Of a DNA stretch of 64,000 nt, positions 25,560 through 38,454 are shown piece after piece. This DNA is from Selaginella moellendorffii. Lineage: Eukaryota > Plantae > Lycopodiophyta. Both the position numbers and the translations under genes were made by a program. The stretch's first letter is position 1. The number at the start of each line of letters is the position of its first letter. A model generated the notes under the pieces. The model did no database searches and was not told where the DNA came from. It saw only the letters and a list, made by a program, of their open reading frames with translations. The stretch is taken from assembly GCF_000143415.4 (NCBI RefSeq), contig NW_003314303.1:966613-1030612 (forward strand). Reading direction: 5' to 3'.

Positions 25560-26752
25560 GAACAGAAGCAGCTTCAAATGTACAAAGCTATTTGTGTGCT
25601 GTTTGTGCTCAATAACTTCGGATGAAATAAGCGAGGAAAACAAGAAAGCAAACAAGAAAGCAATCACGAATCATGTGGATTGATGTGTGTGGTATGTACG
25701 TACTACAGAAGACATTTTTAAGTGTGCATAATTCAAATCCTAAAGAAAAGAAAAAACCGAGGGAGAGTCAAAAGCGTTATACAGTTGTTGACACGATTTA
25801 ATATAAGTCTGCAAACAGCAATGTGGAGGCTTCCAACGGAATTGGTAAAGGACCAAAAAAGCATGGGATGGATAATCAAAGAGAAGGCACCAAGCATGAC
25901 GCAGAGACAAACAAAACGTCTTTTTGAGGCTAGCCGGGGAAAAACAAAGCTAGCAACCCATGCGTTTTGTACTTGCCTGTAGCCCGATGGTGTAGGAAGA
26001 ATTGTCCCGAGTGGTGTCCATAGGTGCATGACTTTGGATCAACACGATCAACAGTCCTGACATTCCCCCTGTTCTATAAACATCAGTTTAACATCCGCTT
26101 AACTTCTACCTTACCGCAGCTAACTTGCACGAAAGACCACACTGCTCCATGGCTCCATAGTTCCTTTTGGTTGTCCTAAGATGGAAGTGTTCCAAGATTC
26201 GTCATCCGAGTGACCTCCAAATGCGTTTCGAAATAGCAAGCTAGCGTGGACGGACGGCCGAATGGTACGGCTGTCGCATTGCAGGGAAGGCAAGATGCTT
26301 GCTCCTCGTCTCTCATTTCCGGAAAGAAGGCTTGCTTCCACTGTCTTCTCCGTAGGGACAGTAGGGGGCTACGTCTCCCACATTCGAATCTGTACAAAAG
26401 AGATATAGACGGACTAAGGAAGAAAAATAAGAATGAGTACCGTGTATCATGGTTGCGTTGTTAGAATCACCATATCAAACGATCCGATCTCGCAAAGAGA
26501 TTTTGATCTCAGGCCCTGTACACGAATTAAAAAAAGTTAAAATGCACAGACGAGAGCAGCTTTCTTACTACAGTTTAGCGTAGGGACCTCCAAAGATTAA
26601 GAAAAGCACGCTCGTAGCTATATAAACCGTGCCATGTTGCCAAAGTAGTGTGTGCTTGAGTGCCTTAGCACTTAGTTTCTCGAAGCTATAGCCATTTCCT
26701 CCTTTCTTTGCTGGACCTTCCTGTAATCCATCAACATCCGCCAGTGAGCAGC

Positions 26753-27914
26753 ATGGCCGAGCAGCAGCGAGAAGCCGAGCACGTTGCTGCAAATCCTTTA
26801 CCTTTCCATGCTGCTGCTGCTGCAATCGCCGAGAGAACTTCGAGCGTAGATAAACGTGTTCAGGGCCGGACGTCGAGTGTTGACCACAGGAATGCCGCTC
26901 ACAAGTGCTTCCCGCTGGAGCTCGTCGAGGAAGGGCGCTTTGACGACGAGCCAACAGGATACTCCACCGGTTACTCGCTGCTCAAGAAGGTTGATTGCCA
27001 GCACAATTCCGTCCCTCTAACTTTGCTTGGTTTTCTCGAAACTGACATCCATCCAAAGTGCAGATCGCTTCTGAGTTCCTCGGCACCTTCATTCTCATCT
27101 TTGCAGCCGCAGGCACAGCCATCATGAACGAGAAATCTCACGGCGCGCTGGGAATCCAGGGACTCGCAGGCGGAGCCGGCATCACGGTGATGATTGTCAT
27201 CTTTGCAACCGGCCACATCTCAGGAGCTCACATCAACCCGGCAGTCACTCTTGCTTTTGCCACTTTCCGCCACTTCCCGTGGATTCAGGTTCTTCCACCG
27301 ACCACTCAATTTCTTCAAGCTTGCTCCGGGTCCGACTTAACTTGCGTCTTCAGGTGCCTTTGTATATCGCAGCTCAAGTGACAGCCTCCATCTCGGCATC
27401 CTTTCTTCTCAAGGGGATCTACCATCCCGATTTGGCCGGCGGTGTCACTGTTCCTGCTGGTACTCATTGGCAGTCATTCCTCTTCGAGATCATTCTCACT
27501 GCCATCATGATGTTCGTCGTCACCTCAGTGGCCACTGACACCCGTGCTGTACGTCTTTCTTTATCTTCGCTTGTCAAGCTTCATCTTCCGCTGGATTCTC
27601 TTCACAGGTCGGGGAGTTGGCCGGAATCGCTGTTGGCGCAACGGTTTTCCTCAACAATCTTATCGCCGGGTAAGCGAATCGTCGCGCTCGGATAATCTTT
27701 CACTGTGCTCAAACAGTTGCCTTGTACTGACAGCCTGATCTCTGGAGCTTCGATGAACCCGTGCCGCTCGTTAGGCCCCGCGATTGCTGCTAACAACTTC
27801 AAAGGCTTCTGGATCTACGTAATTGGTCCGCTTATCGGCACCCAGCTCGGGGCAGCAGCATACACTGCCATCCGATTCAAGGAGCTGGAACGTCCCAAAA
27901 GCTTCAGAAGATGA
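26753..27914 (+). CDS. NIP: NIP aquaporin, tandem paralog (5 exons; NPA/NPC)
   Basis: Same exon structure as the upstream gene; GHISGAHINPA and GASMNPCRSLGP; TATA at ~26620. Confidence 0.95.
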
Positions 27915-28166
27915 ACAGGAATGCCACTACTGTACGTGAAGGTTAGTGAGGATGAATGTAAGTCCTGTACCTGTAAATCCATATGTAAAATGCTGGTCCC
28001 AGTTGACCTCAATAGTTTGGTTTCTGATCACTGCTTACAGCTACGAGTGTGTCATTCTCAACATTAATAAAACAAGGAAACTGTGCTTGAAAATGACGAA
28101 TGATTCATTTTTTACTATGTATGATACAGCTCATTTCATAAAACATACCGTATATCTGGAGGGCAA

Positions 28167-30982
28167 CTAGCCGGCCTTCTTGCCAAACCAGCTCTTTGAT
28201 CTCACTCTCTTACCCTCCAGTGCCTGCAAAACAGCTGATCAAGTTAAAGGCAAATGGAGACAATGAACATACCATTTGCTTGAAACGCCTTAAAGTAAGT
28301 ACCGCACGATCGCGAAGCCTGCAGGTCGGCGATGGAACTTTACATCAACAAGTCGCCCATCTAAGTAGTCTTACCGATTATCTTTGAAAGCCAGCATGTG
28401 CTCTTTCCCATCGCTGCTTATTATTGCGCACTGAATAAACTGTCCCAAAATGACCCGCACCTGCACGATATAACAGTCACAAAACCAGTCGACAATTTCG
28501 GAAACACCTGCTTACATTAACGTCTGAAGTGTAACTTTCCTTAACCAACCGTACGCCGTTTCGTATTATTTGATAGCTCAAACGTTTGATTATCAAAGTT
28601 CCAGGTTCCCAGTCTTCAGTTCCGTCCTTCTGAAACATTAGGTACCACTCGGAGATCAAAGATGGACACGGACTTATGCAGGAAAACTGCTCATAGTGCA
28701 TCTAGCTATGTTCATGGTGCATTCAGAAAAGAAATGTGGACAGACCATAACCGTCACATCGAACTGAGCCTGAGCAGCCGCAATATGAACATTGATTTGA
28801 TCGTCCATGGTTGCATCTGCATACCAGCGGCATTCACAACCACAACAATTACTTCACTGTAAAGCCTTACCGCATTTGATTATGTTTTGATTGTTTGCAA
28901 ACTCAATCACTTCCTCTCCCTGCAAAGAGAACTTATAAAAACCACGATGATAATGCAAGGTTTACCTTCCGTCCTCGATCATCCATAGGACAACATTGTA
29001 TTGCGATAAAGGTTTCACAATCATCAGCACTTAGAGTGTATTCGGTTTGAGACGCGCCTAGAAAAACAATGATAATAGCATGGAAGCTGAGGTGTATACA
29101 AAAAGAACGTACCATCAATATCCTCGGCACCATCTTGGTAATACCGTATCCACTGCAAAAAAACTTAGTAAATCCGTACTACAGCTTAATTCAAACCTGA
29201 AAATTGCAAAGAGCAGTTCCGTTGATGGAATGGCCACAAACAGTCAGTTTGCTTCCCAGCACTGCATCTCCCACAATTCGCAGGCCAGCAACAGCAGGCA
29301 AAGGATCTTCTTCTGCAGGTGAAACATCGTCAGCAATAGTATTTCGCGTTTAAGTTTGACAAAACACCTGCGTGGTTAGGCTCCTCGGGTAATGATGGCA
29401 AATGTGGAGAACGCTTATGATCGTAATTGGTCCTGATGTCTGGATCATCACCCTCAATAGAATGGAAATTTTCGTGTAAATCTGTATTGTGCTTAGGAAC
29501 CATTCTGTTTTCCGGAACTTAGCAAAGTTATCAAATGCGAAATAAGCACACTTACTCTTGCATATGCATATACTCGGGAGTACCAACAGATCGCGTCGTG
29601 TTGACGTTCAAAGAGGAAGGCGATGTAGGCCTTTGAATTTGAGGATAAATACTTTGAGGCACAAGTTCTAGTCCCCGCCCATTCTGCAGCTACTGCAGGA
29701 GGTAATTCACAAAACTAAAAATCGGGCCTTACAGGCGAGGGAGGAGCAAATCGAGGGGGTGATTGTACATTGGACGGAGACGGTGGCGTATACAACCATG
29801 GCCTGTAGAAACCTGGCTCTTTGATTCTTCTCTGCAAAACTAGCCTAGTAAGGAGGTTTCAGGTTCAATGACTTCAACCAACCTCATCATTTACTCTGGA
29901 CTTCAAATGTTGCACCAATGCCTGTACATCACACATATACAGGTTTACCATCTATGTCCAAGAATTCCTTACTTTCACAGAGACGACGATTGATTGCGCA
30001 TCTGTAGCTGGACGCAAATCAAACTCCTCCAGAAGTGGCAAGAGCGACGTCACAAGAAAGTTTCTTTCTTGTCCTAGAGCCTGCTCAATATCAGTTCAAT
30101 AAACATTAATAAAAGAAGAAATAACGTTTTTTACTTGATTATCATAAGCAAGCTTCATATTTTTCTCAGCAAGCTCTTCACGAATCGTCAAGGCTTTTGA
30201 CGTTGCATCAGCGACAGATTGCTGCTCCCGATAGTAGAACTGTAAAAACAAATAAAATAAAGTAGAGTATCACCGACGGAAAGCACTAACCACTTGTAGT
30301 TCTGCCATTTTTCTTTCCAAACTAGTGTTCTCAGCAAGAAGTTGTGTTTCCTGTGCACGGGAAGAGTTAACCAGACAGCGGATAATAGCAAGAGGGAGTA
30401 CCCTTATAGTGGCCTCATAGAGTTTGCTCCGAAGATGACGGACTTCCTCCTCGTGCGTCCTCGTCGAAGCCAGTGTCATGTCCTGCCAATTAAATGGGAT
30501 ATAATACACGAATAAATTCGACAGCTACCGGTCTGAATGGAGGCACAGCATCCGACTTAACGTCCGCCCCATTTTCTGTGTTCGTGTTCCCATTTGCAGG
30601 AACGCGTTCTTGCGAGATTGTTTCCTCCTCTGGCTTTCGCGAGACAGCATTTTTCTTCTGCAAATGGAAGATGATTTACCTGGTTTGGAGGACAAGGTAA
30701 AGGAGGGTAACTTACCAGAGTTGCAATTTCATGCTGGGCGCTCTGTAGAGCAGTACGCAGGTGATTCGCCTCGGCAGCCTTAACAATTCAGTCAGATGTG
30801 TGAGAGAGTGAAAAATGTTAAAATTCTACCTTCTCCGTAAGTGCAATTTCGGCCTTTTCGAGAAGATCATAGACTTCTACGGGATCCCTGAATCCATTCT
30901 CAAGCTCTGTCCCACCATTAGCATGCGCCTGATTCCCATGGAAGCGTCCAGCACTGTCGGTGTATCTAATAGCGGCTTGCAT
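28167..30982 (-). CDS. Conserved plant coiled-coil + AIR9-like Ig-domain protein (At5g23490/At5g08440-like), many short exons
   Basis: Exons read manually: MQAAIRY..., ETQLLAENTSLERKMAEL, FLVTSLLPLLEEF..DAQSIV, DPLPAVAGLRIVGDAVLG..CGHSINGT, ASQTEYTLSADD..IAIQCCPMDDRGRK and ...SWFGKKAG*. Confidence 0.82.
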
Positions 30983-31500
30983 TCTTCCGATAAAATCCCT
31001 GCGAGAATTCTAGGCCCCTACATGCCGCACCAAAGCTCCAGCCCTAGGAGACAGAGCTTCAGATCCACCTGATTTCGATCCAAATCGCGAGAGCGCCCCC
31101 GATCGTGAGCTGCTGCTGCTGGGAGAAATCGCCTCCGGCACGAAATCGCGATCGCGGGCCACCCCGCATTGCTCCAAGGCGCTTTGGCCAGACCTCCAAA
31201 AATGCAATACGAAATAAAAACCCTATCATAAGAACACAGTGACGACCTTGACGTCCGCGCCGCCCTTCAACACGGCATTTTCCACGTCGTTCAGTCCACG
31301 TCATTAGTTACATTAAAAGCGATGGCTTTCGTTTAATCCAACGGCAGTAAGAAATGCGCTCGAATATTCCACCACAAATATACGAATATTCTACCACGAA
31401 GCTTTACACAAGGAGGAGCGAGAAAGCGGGCGAAGGAAAAAATATACCTAGCTTGTTCTGGGCGGGAAATGGCGATGGCGGGGGTATAAAATGGGGCGCC

Positions 31501-32673
31501 ATGGATGGAGATCTCACAGCGAGAGCGATGGATCAAGGAGTGCAATCGCGCTTGCAGGTAGAGATTATCAGCAATTCGGCCGGGTCGAGCAGCGTCGGCG
31601 TGGATCTCCAGGTCAGGAACGCGCAGCGATTCCCCGTTCACGTCATGGACATCGAGGTGCTGATCGAGGAGCCCGGCCGCGAGGAGCGTGAGCGCAAGGC
31701 CGCGAGCGCCAAGCTCGATCACTCGTGCATCGTCCAGCCGCGCTCCTCCAAGCTCGTCAAGATCCCGCTCGCGAGCTTAATCCGGCCCAGCGCCACGCCG
31801 GTGCCGTACATGCTCCGGGCCAATGTGGCCATGAAGGACCGAGTGCACGGCGCGTACCAGGTAAGTACGGAACGCGTACGGCAGATGTTCTTCAAGGACG
31901 CCGCTGACAAGAAGGTCAAGGCCGTGGAGAGAAAGCACTTGGATGGAGGCATCGAAGGGATTCACGTATGGACCAACTTTCCAAAGGAGGTGGTGGTGGC
32001 TTTCGACTTCCAAGTGAAAAACTCCAACTTTCTGCCGCTCAAGCTCCTCCACGCCGATTTCTCCGTCATGAGTGATGGCACGAAGATCCTGGAGACGAAA
32101 GTGGTCCACAACACGAGCATCCCAGGGAAGTCGTCGGCTAGAATCAAGATGAAGCTTTCGATCCCGCTCAAGATCATACGTGACAGCTTCCCCGGTGGGC
32201 TCCCTTCGTCCGTTCTTCCAGTCCAGATGGACATCTCCTTCTGGTTCAAGGAGACTTTCTACGGCCTCTACAAGATCGATGCTCGCAAGACGGGCGTGCT
32301 GGTCGTGCCCGAGGCGCCGGCGATCGCGATCCACAAGGTGGTGTTCACTTTCGACGAGGATAACAAGCCGGTTGCGAGACTGGAGCTGCTGGTTTCCAAC
32401 GCGAATGTCTTTGATCTGGAGCTCAAGAGCCTGGAGTACCAAGCCGTGTCGAAGGAGACAGGATCGACGCTCATGCTCGCGAAGTTTAAAGACGATGACG
32501 CCGTCATTGTCCCCGAAGGAGGAAAGGTTACCATCTGGGCTCTTGCGAAGCCTGGGACACACGAGTTTGGATCGGTGCTGTGGAAGCTCTACAAAGGCGA
32601 GCAGGACTACGTCGTAAAAACTTCGCTGGAGACCGAAACCGAGTTGTATGGTAAGATTGTTTTCCAAAGCTAG
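31501..32673 (+). CDS. LEA_2/WHy-domain protein (Lea14-like), apparently three tandem domains, intronless
   Basis: Repeated V.N.N-type motifs (VRNAQRF, VKNSNFL, VSNANVF) and IPGKSS..IK. Start may be 31501 or 31528. Confidence 0.8.
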   Translation: MDGDLTARAMDQGVQSRLQVEIISNSAGSSSVGVDLQVRNAQRFPVHVMDIEVLIEEPGREERERKAASAKLDHSCIVQPRSSKLVKIPLASLIRPSATPVPYMLRANVAMKDRVHGAYQVSTERVRQMFFKDAADKKVKAVERKHLDGGIEGIHVWTNFPKEVVVAFDFQVKNSNFLPLKLLHADFSVMSDGTKILETKVVHNTSIPGKSSARIKMKLSIPLKIIRDSFPGGLPSSVLPVQMDISFWFKETFYGLYKIDARKTGVLVVPEAPAIAIHKVVFTFDEDNKPVARLELLVSNANVFDLELKSLEYQAVSKETGSTLMLAKFKDDDAVIVPEGGKVTIWALAKPGTHEFGSVLWKLYKGEQDYVVKTSLETETELYGKIVFQS

Positions 32674-32763
32674 CTCCTGGTCTCGGAAGAAGGACGAAGA
32701 AAATCAGAACTCAAACGTGTATAACTTCTACCTTGGTCGATTGATTGTAAATATTTCCGGTGA

Positions 32764-34252
32764 CTAGAGCTCGTCATTGTCATCGTGCTCGTAATTCAGC
32801 ACCCCCAACTCTTGTGTTGTTGCTGCTGAAATTTTCTTCTCGCTCGATGCCATGAGCTCTGGTATCCATTCATCTCCATCGATGAAAAGCGGGCTCAAGT
32901 AAGGATAAGCTTGCCAATCCGAAAGAGAGTGAGACCAGTTCGCTCGTTTTCTCCTGTTGGATCCCAAGCCAGAGCACTCGTATTCGCCATAAACAACCGT
33001 CCTGCAAAGAGCTCAAGCCAGTGAGCAAGGAAAAAATTCGAAGCAAAGCAACGAAAGAAGTCCGGAAGAAGAAAAAACGAATAGAGAAAGGTTGCGTGAA
33101 CTTACAAAGTTCTGCCCGAGTCTCCCCAGTCGTCCCATCCAACCGGATGGACGATGCTGTCCATGGAAGTGTACGCAAAGATTACTCTGGAGAACGGACC
33201 CCACGCTCGTCCCAAGAGAACGTTTCCAGTCCCCGTTATACTACAGTTGACGAACGAAAAAGCCGAGGCTTCCGACCACTTTAGTCGTCGCTGAGCAGTG
33301 ATCGACCCCGAGACTTTCTTCGATGGGTTCGCAACTGAGTGGAGTTCACAGTTCTGAGAAACACGTAGAAAACTCTGAAGGAGCTCAAGCTTTTTGAAAA
33401 AGAAGTACCTCGTAGAGAGATCGTCCACTCCCACAGATGAAATCGATGGATCCCTCGATGAAGCATTCCTTGAAGTAGTGTCGGCCTTGGTCGTCGAATA
33501 GAGTGTCTTGGAAGCCATAAAAGCCGCAGCCATAGAACGCTGCTCGGTCGGATGAAACTCTCAGAGCAACGGCTTGAGCTCCTTGAACTCCAACTCCTGG
33601 TCCTGGAGAAGTGTTCTACGCTGGAATACGTTAGTAGATTGAACATCTCGCTGCCTTACCAGAAAACTCAAGTTCTTGGCAACAAAATCTGTTGCTTCCA
33701 CGCTCACACTTGCACTTTTGTATGTTCTGCCGCTAGAATTTGCGGTGTCGTTCCAGGCTATGGCTGTGAGGTCCATTCCTTGTCCCTGCAAAGTAATATA
33801 CGGCTTGCTATGTGGGATCAACACCTTTTCCCTGGATCCAAACAAAGAGAACGATGACAGAAACCTTGCAGCGAGATTCAGAAACTTTCTTACGTGAATG
33901 TTCCATTGTTAATATAGATATGAACTGGAACTTGGTTGTAGTCGGGAACAGCGTCGATCGCATCCTGGACTGTGCGGAAATCTCCAAATCCTTTTTGATC
34001 TACAATAAAAACAACCGGTGAAGCCTCACGATCGTCACAACTGCTAGTGATATCTAAAGTGAAAGGAAGAGTCAGGGAAGCTGGCTCTGGAGAAAACAGG
34101 CTTTGGAAGACACACATAGCCATGGCGGCGCCATAGATTCTAGGAGCTGTGTGAGAGCGCAAAAGCACGAAGACATGCAAAAGCAGCCACGCAACAGCAG
34201 AAAGAACAACACCAACAACGAGTTGTTTGGTTTTTCTCGAAGCTCGAGTCAT
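32764..34252 (-). CDS. PME: Pectin methylesterase, type II (no PRO domain), multi-exon
   Basis: [40 protein letters not shown] and YGEY; N-terminal signal anchor. Confidence 0.94.
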
Positions 34253-34836
34253 AGCGAGATGGATTAGAGCCGTAGGAATTTCCACCAAGCTTGCTGCTTA
34301 ATACGAAGAGAACTCTTCTGGAACAACTGAAGAACCATCTCTAAGCAAGTAAGGACGCAAACAATCAATGAAGGAAGAAATGCCTTACAAGCAATGCAAA
34401 GAATTTTAGCAAGGCCAAGTCTGGAAAACAAAACAAATCCATCGCTCAAAGGTTTCTAGCGAAGAATCAAAGAATGGAATCGAACGGCACAATTAGAATG
34501 CAAAATTCCGCTAGAGTTTCTTACAATCATAAGAATTTCTTGCAAGCAACCATGGAATGGGAATGGCGAGGTTTCGTTTATGCAAAGCAAAGCCCTGTAG
34601 CTACTACCACTAAAGAAAGAATGCTGGCATCGCGATCACATACCTGGAAGGAGCGACCATCATGGATGGAACGCGAGCGTTTGTGGCGTCGACACGCCAC
34701 GGCGAGACGCGTCAAATTCCCCATTCTAATAGCAAATAGGGTTCTACAACTAGGCTAGGGTTTTACATTGGAGGAAATATTTTGCGGTACTCCGGTGATC
34801 GATCGATCGATCGCGTGCCGTGCCAGGTTTGTAGCG

Positions 34837-35964
34837 ATGTCGCATTCCGGAGGAGGATACTCGAGCGCGCCATCGGCGCCACCGGCGCCTTCATCGCCCT
34901 ATCAATCATGGCAGCCGGGGCAATCCACAGCCTACTCGTCATCGCCATACGCGCAGCCTCCGTCGGCCTCGCCAGGGATGTCTCCAGCTCCTCCTTATGC
35001 ATCTCCATACTCGTCTGGATCTGGAGCTCCTCCATCCTATGGGGGCGCCGCGCCGACGCCTCCCTATGGAGGACCTCCATCGGCTCCTTGGGCTCAGCCT
35101 CCATCGGGCTATCCATACGGCTATCCACAGCAGCCTCCACAGCCGGGCTACGGCCAATTCGGGGCGCAATTCCCTCCTGGGACCGATCCGGAGATCGTTC
35201 GCGCTTTCCAGGGCGCCGATCGCGATGGCAGTGGGACGATCGATGATATGGAGCTCCAGACGGCGCTCTCGGCTGGGCAGCCTTTCAGCTTGCGGACGGT
35301 CCATCTCATGCTCCACCAGTTTGCCAACAATGCGAAGAGAATCGGTAAAGCCTTTTTCTTGTGCTTCTCTTTTTTACTTTTGAGACTGAGTGGAAGCTTC
35401 GATCGTTTTCCAGGACCAACGGAGTTTGCGACGCTCTGGAAGGCTCTAAGAGACTGGAGAGTAAGCACTAATCTTAATTCTATAGTATGATTGATATGGA
35501 ACTTTGCCTGTGACTTCCAGGGAACTTTCGAGCGGTTTGATAGAGATCGCAGCGGGAGAATAGAGACCGGAGAACTTAGAGACGCGCTCTTGAGCCTCGG
35601 ATATGCAGTCCCACCATCGGTACTGCAAATTCTAGTCTCAAAGTACGATAAGACTGGGCAAGCCCGCGGCCTAGATTATGACAACTTTGTCGAGTAAGCT
35701 GTTTTCCTTTTGTTTCGTGCTCGTGTGCGTTAACTAACGCTCTGCTCATTGTTTCCTCTCTTATACAGGTGTGGCTTGGTTGTAAAGGTGAGTTCATCGT
35801 TTTATTTTCTTTCTTTTGTTGTTTTGGTGACACTGACAAGTTCCTACCGTGCAATGCAGGGACTCACGGAGAAGTTCAAGGAGAAGGATGTGAAGCTCAC
35901 GGGCTCGGCCACGCTAAGCTACGAGGCGTTCATGCTTATGGTTTTGCCTTTCATTGTTGCTTAG
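34837..35964 (+). CDS. Penta-EF-hand Ca2+-binding protein (CML49/50, peflin/ALG-2-like)
   Basis: P/G/Y-rich N-terminus; DRDGSGTIDDMEL and DRDRSGRIETGEL EF hands; ends FMLMVLPFIVA. Confidence 0.93.
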
Positions 35965-36731
35965 AAATATTACTCTCTTGTTAGATTACTCATCGTGTTT
36001 GTATGTTTGTTTGCAAAGTATTGGAACCAGGCAGTAGTGAAAGCGAAAGAAGACGTACGTGTTCTATCGCTCGAAAAGACTTGCCACTGTATAATCAGGT
36101 ACTCACAAACGACTAATTCAAGTGGCTCATCCAATTTGTCAACTAAGTGCATTTGTGTTTTTATGGAAACTTTGCCATAGCTTTGGTGTTTACAGTCAGT
36201 GGACTGACTAAAATTTGAGGTTTCTGCAGGACAAACTCTGCAACACTCCGATTTTTCAAGTGTTTCAAAGACACGAACTTCGGCCTTGACAACCTACAAA
36301 ATTTCCAACACGGTAAGACACGCCTAGACTATGACAAGGTTCCTGCTTAAGTCTTAAGATCGATTTGTCAATTAATTGGCAAGTTCCGTGTTCTTCCTTC
36401 TTTCTTCTTTTGCATCTACAGGTGTAAGGCCAGTTCTTCAGTTTATCGTTTTGTCCAGCAGCAACTTGGCGATGATGCTATCAGGTTTTGCGACGATGCT
36501 AAAAGCCATGAAACTTTCATTTGTTTGTAATATATTCTCGTCGTGTGTGTCTTTTTGGAAATCAGAGTTGGCTCGACTTTTCTCGAAACCAATATGTACA
36601 TATCTTGCAGCTTCATTCTCGAGGTAATCCTTCAATGCTTATTCGATCAGCCTCTCACTGACCTTGTATGCTGTAACATATATATAGGATATAAAAAAGA
36701 GTCCAGGGAGATTCCAACTCTTTCTTCATCG

Positions 36732-38454
36732 TCATCGTCTGTTGAAGCGTGCGGGTGATCGCCTGGGCGAGGCCTGGTATCTTTGCTGGTTTGGAGCTCC
36801 GCCACCACTGGCAGGACTTGGAAAGCCATTTCTATGGTGATGAGTATGTCCCTTTGGCGAGTTGTTATTCCCATGGTGGCTGAAGTTCCCGTTTACAATC
36901 AGTGGTCTCGGCCTGGAGCTCGGGTATGGATTTGTGTTGTAGTTTAGAGGTTGGAGCTGACCCGTGATGTCGCTTGTGACTTGCAGAGGCTCCAGGTGAC
37001 GAACAATCTCCTTCATATCCGGCCTCGACTTTGCGTCCCGACTGAGGCAAGCCGCGGCGAGCTGAGCGGCCTTTTGGAAGGCTTTCATGGGGCACTGGCC
37101 GTCGAGCTTTGGATCCACCAGTCTGAAGATCCTGCGCTTGTCGTGGAGATAAGGCCTGGCCCATTCCACCAAGTTGTGCTCTCCAGTGGGTCTAGACTTG
37201 TCCATGGATCGTCTGCCAGTTAGCATCTCCAGGAAGACAACTCCAAAGCTGTAAACATCGCTCCTGGCTGTCAAGTGACCTGGAGGAAACAAAGGTACGA
37301 TCCTTTTAAGTTCAAGAACTCTCAAGTTTTTTTCTTTCCTTGTGAACTTACCAGTCATCACGTACTCGGGAGCTGCGTAGCCGTAAGTTCCCATGATTCG
37401 TGTGGAAACATGCGTCTTGTCTCCTTCCGGGCCATCTTTCGCGAGGCCGAAATCCGAGAGCTTGGCCGTGTAGTCCTGAGAGGATTTAACGAGTCACGGG
37501 TTTGTTAGTCTCCAAGATTGTTTCTTCATTTCTTTATCTTCTACTCACGTGGTCTAGCAGGATGTTGGAAGTTTTAAAGTCGCGATAGATCACAGTTTCC
37601 CGATGCAAAAAGGCGAGGCCTTGCGCGGCTCCCAATGCGACCTTCATTCGAATCGCCCAAGTTAGAGGCAATGATCCTTCTGCCAAAACAAGAACAATAA
37701 AATTTGAAGACAACGCGTGAGCCGATAGTCGTAAGAAAAAAAAACTCTCTGTGACGAGCAACTTACTGCGAAATAGATGGTTTTCCAGGCTACCGCGAGG
37801 CATGAACTCGTAGACAAGAAGTCGATGCTCGTCCTCCGCGCAGTAACCAATCAACTTTACGAGATTGAAGTGGTGAAGCTGGCCGAGAAAATTCACCTCC
37901 GCCTGTAAGTTTCATCCATTCCGTCAACAAAACCGGTGTTTTCTTCGCAGACTAGAACTTACCAGCCATTCTCGGTGGCCTTGGAATCCTTCCGGATTCA
38001 GCTGCTTCACTGCTACAGTTAAACCCGAGCCGGGGCGAACAGCGGCCGTGCCATTCTCGTCGATCCACCCCTTGAAAACATGGCCGAAGCCGCCCTCCCC
38101 GATCCAACTATCCGGCCGGAAGTTCCGAGTAGCGGACTTGAGATCACCGAAGCTAAACACGCGGAGGCCGGAGCTCTGGCGGAGGATCTCATCTCCGGAC
38201 CTGGGAGTGGAGGGCAGTACGTCGGAGGAGGAGAAGGATTTCTTGCGCTGGGTCTGTGGGGTTTGCTCCGCAGGCGAATCCGGGTGATCTACAGTGACCG
38301 AGAAGTTAGAACAAGCAAGCCGAGACAAACGAGATCGAAGAACTTGCTGCTGTGATCTGTACGAACCTGTGCTTGGGGTCACGCTGCCGTTATCTCGATG
38401 CTTACCGACGCATCGTCCCAGAGCCGACCCAAAAGCGGACCAGCAAGAACACAT
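36732..38454 (-). CDS. PBL: Receptor-like cytoplasmic kinase VII (PBL-type), multi-exon
   Basis: [58 protein letters not shown] and SDVYSFGVV. Confidence 0.95.

Noticed and set aside
26633-26648. uORF like the boron-sensing AUG-stop of NIP5;1
   Set aside because: It is a 4-codon ORF about 10 nt after the TATA box, probably upstream of the TSS; no minimal AUG-stop is present in either NIP leader.
36200-36640. Exon-like pieces between the PEF and kinase genes
   Set aside because: Splice-like sites are present but give no coherent reading frame; probably UTR.
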